From Octopus bimaculoides (lineage: Eukaryota), in the NCBI RefSeq assembly GCF_001194135.2, contig NC_068998.1:25059286-25103673 (forward strand): a stretch of DNA of 44,388 nucleotides. Reading direction: 5' to 3'. Shown piece after piece: positions 37,956 through 44,388 of the stretch. The position numbers and the translations under genes were made by a program. The number at the start of each line of letters is the position of its first letter. Within the stretch, counting starts at the first letter, position 1. A model generated the notes under the pieces. The model was not told the DNA's origin and made no database searches. It worked only from the letters and a program-made list of their open reading frames with translations.

Positions 37956-40725
37956 CATGTTTTTCGTCGTTCAATGAATTTTGTGATGTAACGTTACATA
38001 TTTGCAACATTAGAAATATTTTATATAAATTATTGTCGTGGAGTTTGTTATAGATTTTTTTCTCGTTTAGTGAGACAAATTTAATTCAAAACATTACGAA
38101 ATATATTGTTGCGAAGAAATGAAAAGAAAAGAATTATAGTAACGGTTGTATCCACAAGTAAGTGACAGGAACGTGGTTTGATCAAAAGTATCGGAACTGG
38201 AGCTGAAAACTACAATTCGTCATTTAATCTACTTCGAAGTAATTCCCTTCTGAAACCACACACTTTATCGAAAGTCGTTTCCATTAATAGAAGCGTATCA
38301 GAAACACCTTTTATGGGTTATTGAGCGGAAGAGTACAAAGTAAATTTCCGATTGTCTTCGTTCAATGTTTCTTTTATTTGCTTTTTTTAGCACAATTTCG
38401 CCGGTTATATTTGGCACCGCCATTCCTGCCAAGAAGCTGAGAACATGAAAATCGTTAAATAACTGCTGAAAAGCATTTTGTTCTTCGCTATCAAAATTCT
38501 AAGAATTACACTCGCTGGAGTGGTGATATCTTTTGTCGAACGCAGAAACAAAATGAATATAAACTTGACAATAGTAGAAATTGAACTCAGCACGGAAGGA
38601 AATGCAAACCGCATATTGTATGGAAATTTGTTCTGTGATGTAACGTTCGTCCAGTTCGCTACTTTCCTTGTGAAGCTCAGCTGAAAACACAGTAACATAT
38701 ATTCAGTGATATAAAGCATGCATTTTCTGATTTAACATGTAGAAAATAAGAACAGAGGAAGGGACAAAAAGGAAGAGTCATTAGAAAAATAAGTAAAAGA
38801 ATTCACATCTCTGTGACAGTGCAAGTAAAGAACGTATAAGGTGTGTATACAGTGTGCTATGATGCAAAATGGCAAATGAATAATTGATTACATGTTGGAT
38901 ATCGTTGCTTTCGTGTGTCAATGAAAATCAGACCAAGGATCTTCCAGCAATAACCTACTTACTAGGTGACTTATATATGAGTTGAACAAAATCTACACGG
39001 AATATAGGTATTTTTCTACATTAATTATGTTGAAAAAGCATGAGATTTGTATCGGGTTTAGTCAACAGCGATAAAGAGCTCAAAGTTCAGTTAGAAATAT
39101 AGATGATAATTGACAACGCACACTTTCTTAATATCCTCGAGTTCATTTATTAGACACTAGGATTGAAATATAATTTGTGATATAAAGCAGTAGCAGAATT
39201 CTTAAGCACGTTATAGTACCACACATCAAATGACCCACTTCTTCTAGGAAAGAAAAAGTGGATAAAACACCTAATTGCTAATATCACTTCCTGAAGATCA
39301 GCAGTAACTGCAATGCCAATATCAAGTAGGGCTGCTGCGAAGACTTTACAAACTTAACAACTTCAGCAAAATAGATTAGTCAAATTAGCACTATGGCCGT
39401 CAAAAAGATTGTTAGTGTATTGAGGATTGTCACCATTGACACAAGCAACATCACAAGAATTGTATAGAATTTTTTTCTTTCTTCACCTTCCCTTAAAGTG
39501 ACGAAGCCGAAAAGGCGGTTACATACTAATATGTAATTGTGAGGTAATATGACAAAATTCACGAGGGACGTTTAAAATCATAAGGTGTTTTGCTAAGCTG
39601 CAAAATTAACTAAGAGCCATCAAACTACAACCATGGCTACTATAATTTCAACAAAAACATCTAAAACTGCACCCACATGAATAACTAAAGCAGTATCAGA
39701 AATTAAATACAGGCGCATCGACTATAGCAGTAATGAGAATAACAGCTTAGGGAAAAAAAAACAAGACCTCAACCACAACAGCCACAGAAAAGCAGCACCT
39801 GTAGATTAAAAAAAAATGTTTTATACATAATGACATGCAGAGACAAAATAACATTAACGATCTCGTCCCCAGAAAGGGGTGACGTAGATTTCTTTTGTTG
39901 TCCATATCTGCAGTCTATGTAAAATTATTGAAAATACTCGCAGGGAAGTTGGAATCTCAGCAGAGAACACAATTATAATTTATTAAGATATTACATTAAA
40001 TAATATATGATATTCAAGGTTGACAGTGTATATGTTTTGTTTTTTTTTCTTTTGGTCAGTGAATGAGAAACTCTAGTAATATTGAACGTCACACTTAAAA
40101 TAGGGTGTTCCTTCCTAGTTGTACTACTTAGTAAACGTTGATACATACATTCCATGCTTACTTTTTCCATTGAAAATACTTTATTTCAATGCGCTTTTAT
40201 AATCGAGTGCAGCTCGATTGCATGTATACGTAGATTTAATATTACTCTATAGATGACACATTTTTTTCATCCTACAGACAACTAGTCGCTGTTTTTATTC
40301 ATGAATATAATAAAGATGAAATAATACACAAAAGAATATAATAGGATCTCTGCGAATTGGAGAGAAAATCAATAATGGATCTCATAACAGAAGAAATAAA
40401 ATAACATTTCTATACACTTTCTCCATTTTTTTTCTATTTAAACCGTATAGGCGGGTGTAAAATATCTCTCATGTATTTTAAAAATAATTATGCGGTAGCT
40501 GTTATGTTACTTTGTAACCAAACATAGAACAGTATTTGTTTTAATAAATATAGATTATGGGTATTTGTACGCTAAAATTAGATGCATTGGTAAACGTTAG
40601 GAACGAAAAAATTTGAGTTTCAAAAGGAGAAAATGTAATCTCTCCTTCCAATGCAAACAGGAACCTCTACTTTATGAATCGACCAATTTTTTACCTCTTT
40701 CTTTCATTCTTTCGCTAGCACACAT

Positions 40726-40786
<61 letters not shown>

Positions 40787-41220
40787 NNNNNNNNNNNNNN
40801 NNNNNNNNNNNNNNNNNNNNNNNNNNNNNNNNNNNNNNNNNNNNNNNNNNNNNNNNNNNNNNNNNNNNNNNNNNNNNNNNNNNNNNNNNNNNNNNNNNNN
40901 NNNNNNNNNNNNNNNNNNNNNNNNNNNNNNNNNNNNATATATATGTATGTATGTATGTATAGTGAGAATTGAGAATTTACAAGAAAAAAAAAGACGAAGA
41001 CACAGGTGTAAACAACAAACAAATGTATTAGTTTAACGTTCGGGAAGTGAAAAAGTCTTTTAAGTTTCGAGCCTACGCTCTTCAACAGAAAGGAACACAG
41101 AAATAAACAGAGAGAAAATAAAAAGAGAGTTTAGTGGCTAGCGATCTATCATGGCGAGTGCCGAACAATATATACATGCACACGTATATATGCATGTATG
41201 TATTTGTGTATTCTCTTGTT

Positions 41221-41420
41221 TGTTTTCAGTCATTTTACTGCGGCCATACCTGTGCTACGCTTTGAAGTGTTTTAGTCCAATAAATCAATGCCAGGATTTA
41301 TTTTTTAAAGCCTAGTACTTATTCTATCGGTGTCTCTTATGAACAGCTAGGTTACGGGGAGGTAAACACACTAGCCCCGGTTGTCAAGCAGTGATGAGGG
41401 AAAAACACAGAAACACAGAC
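41221..41420 (-). mobile_element. 3' half of a SINE with a LINE-derived tail
   Basis: Minus strand CTTGACAACCGG..CCCCGTAAC..CCGATAGAATAAGTACTAGGCTT...ATGGCCGCAGTAAAATGACTGAAA. The tail matches the LINE 3' end at 4285-4309. Confidence 0.7.
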
Positions 41421-41450
41421 ACACATAGACACTCGGATATAATACATACA

Positions 41451-41485
<35 letters not shown>

Positions 41486-41531
41486 GATGAATGTATATAT
41501 ATATTTGCATATTTATACGTATATATATATG

Positions 41532-41575
<44 letters not shown>

Positions 41576-42924
41576 NNNNNNNNNNNNNNNNNNNNNNNNN
41601 NNNNNNNNNNNNNNNNNNNNNNNNNNNNNNNNNNNNNNNNNNNNNNNNNNNNNNNNNNNNNNNNNNNNNNNNNNNNNNNNNNNNNNNNNNNNNNNNNNNN
41701 NNNNNNNNNNNNNNNNNNNNNNNNNNNNNNNNNNNNNNNNNNNNNNNNNNNNNNNNNNNNNNNNNNNNNNNNNNNNNNNNNNNNNNNNNNNNNNNNNNNN
41801 NNNNNNNNNNNNNNNNNNNNNNNNNNNNNNNNNNNNNNNNNNNNNNNATACATATATATATATATATGGATATAGAGTAGTGGCACAACAAAGCACCAAA
41901 GTTTACTAGAAATAGCAGTCGATACATTTACAATGATGTAGTAAAGATTCAATGTGTATATAATGGCAAAGACTTGTGAGGGCAACAAACAACAAAATTT
42001 GTCTTACCTTTAAGGAAGAATAGTATTTAAATGGACAACAACGCAGAATCGGTTAATGCAGTACCTAGGTTTCGGACTCTTCAAATACGGTGCTTTATTT
42101 TACTGGAAAGTAATAAACTTGTATTAAAATATTTTATATATATACGAGTGGGTAGACAAAGGAAAGAAGAAAACCCAAGGCATTTATTCATTTATTGGGA
42201 GTTACATGTATAAATAAAAGCAGTTTGATCCAAACTGCGTGTGGCAAGTCTTTGGCCATTGCAGTCTCAATAAATGTTTGATTGTGGTGTCTCAATGGTT
42301 ATTAGTAGAGGTTAGCCTTTGATAGGTTGAGAAAGGTCATGCAATGTAGCAAATTAATGTCGGTGTTTTAGCGACAACAGTTTCGTGGAAAATCCCTAAT
42401 GGTGAACAAGAAATCGAGCGCATGGTTGACAAGAAGTGGATCATGTGGTTAGTGGGAAAGTATCAAGGGGCAGTAGATGTGGGTGTATATATGGATATAT
42501 GTACGTGTATATGTTCCTATATCTCTGTGTATGCATCGTGTATATGCCCATATACCTCTGTGTACGTGAGCATAGATGTATATTCACACACCTGCGCGCG
42601 TGCGCACAGAGAGAGAGACACACACACACACGCACACACGACAGCTCACACGCACATACACACGTGCAAAGGTATACACGCACACACAGGCGCACACACA
42701 TACACATACCCACAGACACACACTCACATGTGTGTAACCATCATTTAAGCAAGGTACCTTCCGTGTGATGAGTAACTAGTGGAGTACTCCGTGTTGAGTA
42801 ATTAATATTTTTGAGCTTCTGCTAGCTTAGAAACACAAGTAGCCTGAATTTTACCTGTCTCATTCCCTCAAATTGGATATTCATATACACACACAAACAC
42901 AAACAAAACGGTACATCAGTTAAC

Positions 42925-44388
42925 GTGAATGCAGAGGGTACGGAGTCAACACCACATGAACCATTATCCAAGACCACCACAGATGATGGATCAGGGATGG
43001 CCATCGCTAACACCAGGAATCCCTGGACAGATATCACACCAATATTCCTACTGAATATCCGGGGCCTATTACGAACAGGCGGAAAAGACAGGTTTCTATA
43101 CTTGAAAGACCTAGTTACATGCAATCAAGCAATATGCATGGTGCTTACTGAAACGCATCTAACACCTAATATAGCAGATGCGGAGATAAACATACCAGAG
43201 TATGCCGTGCTCCGAACAGACAGGAGGGATAGAAGTCATAGGGGAGTTGCAATGTACATCCGAGAAGATGTCACACCCCTACTACTCCTATCACACTCAA
43301 ACTCTATCTGTGATATTTTAATAGTACACATAAAACAGATTGATGTAGTTGTATGCTNNNNNNNNNNNNNNNNNNNNNNNNNNNNNNNNNNNNNNNNNNN
43401 NNNNNNNNNNNNNNNNNNNNNNNNNNNNNNNNNNNNNNNNNNNNNNNNNNNNNNNNNNNNNNNNNNNNNNNNNNNNNNNNNNNNNNNNNNNNNNNNNNNN
43501 NNNNNNNNNNNNNNNNNNNNNNNNNNNNNNNNNNNNNNNNNNNNNNNNNNNNNNNNNNNNNNNNNNNNNNNNNNNNNNNNNNNNNNNNNNNNNNNNNNNN
43601 NNNNNNNNNNNNNNNNNNNNNNNNNNNNNNNNNNNNNNNNNNNNNNNNNNNNNNNNNNNNNNNNNNNNNNNNNNNCCGTCCACCAAATACCGCAAAGCAG
43701 GAGGGTAAATTTGAGGACAGCCTCAGACGCATAGAAGAGGTCTTGACAAATCTGGACCAACACATCAATATACTTTTCCTAGGCGACTTTAACCTCCCAA
43801 ATGTTAAATGGCCTGAAGGTCACATCCTCTCTGGGATGTCACTGCATGAACAAAGCCAGGCAAAGTCTTTGTTAGAACTATCCCACATGCTGTTCATGGA
43901 ACACGTGATACTCCAACCAACCAGAGGAAGCAATATTTTAGATCTCTGCTTCACAAACAATGTGAGCCTAATCCATAATGTGAAAATAACGCCCACATCT
44001 CTCTCAGATCATAACAGTATAGAATTAACTATGTATGGTCCTAAGCAACCCACTGACGCCCACCCCACCAGGAGGACTCAAGCAATATCTAACCTGAATT
44101 TCCACAGGACGGACTGGAAGTCAATTCGCAGAGAGATTCGAAATCAAAACTGGCATGACAGCCTTTCTATACAAGACAATGACCTCAAACTAAGTCATTC
44201 TGTGTCAACTATACAAGACATATGCACCAAATACGTGCCATATAGAAAGACCAGCAAACATGCCAATAGAATTCCTAGAGACAGGAAAATCCTTATGAGA
44301 CACAAAACAAAGGTCTCAAACCAGTTAAATAGAGAACTGGGGGATAGGAAAAGGGCTAAATTAAAACTAACACTGTTAGAAAAAGAAA
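42925..44388 (+). CDS. CR1/L2-group LINE ORF2, N-terminal APE endonuclease; stop-free and runs off the window edge, interrupted by an N gap at 43358-43675
   Basis: LLNIRGL, VLTETHL, DRRDRSHRGVAMYIRE, VVC-[gap]-RPPN, FLGDFNLPNVKW, NILDLCFTNN and LSDHNSI. Manual translation of 43677-44387 gives 237 codons with no stop. Confidence 0.88.

Noticed and set aside
38405-38719. Overlapping ORFs and a good minus-strand acceptor (TGTGTTTTCAG at about 38684)
   Set aside because: No recognisable domain in any frame and no strong donor; cannot support an exon call.
39380-39562. Short hydrophobic ORF (..FYTILVMLLVSMVTILNTLTIFLTAIVLI)
   Set aside because: Only 60 codons, with no motif or splice support; T-rich sequence often yields hydrophobic ORFs.

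Overview
This is a eukaryotic, AT-rich, microsatellite-dense window with about 13 N-gaps; it is not prokaryotic, and there are no operons, CRISPR arrays, rRNA or intact tRNA genes. The repeat repertoire (tRNA-derived SINEs with AAT/CA tails, AAT/AGT/GATA/CA tracts) most resembles an octopus (coleoid cephalopod) draft genome; that is inferred from recalled repeat families, not from a search. No host protein-coding exon can be called with confidence, so the window is probably intergenic or intronic. Recognisable elements are: a Penelope-like RT remnant; two pieces of CR1/L2-group LINEs, one decayed 3' half (2.7-4.3 kb) and one stop-free APE ORF running off the right edge (42.9-44.4 kb); an internally deleted mariner with both TIRs; two 5'-truncated R4/Dong-like REL retrotransposons inside (AAT)n; a decayed L1/Tx1-clade LINE (13.8-16.8 kb, minus); several SINE copies; a TA-flanked MITE; and two long palindromes. 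Most notable: a near-canonical minimal hammerhead ribozyme (264-303, minus), a tRNA-headed element ending in a degenerate hammerhead (10.5-10.7 kb), a SINE/LINE shared 3' stem-loop, stacked insertions in AAT microsatellites, a perfect 92-bp-arm palindrome, and a possibly young LINE interrupted by an overestimated gap. Nearly all ORFs in the supplied track are artefacts of microsatellites or N-runs.
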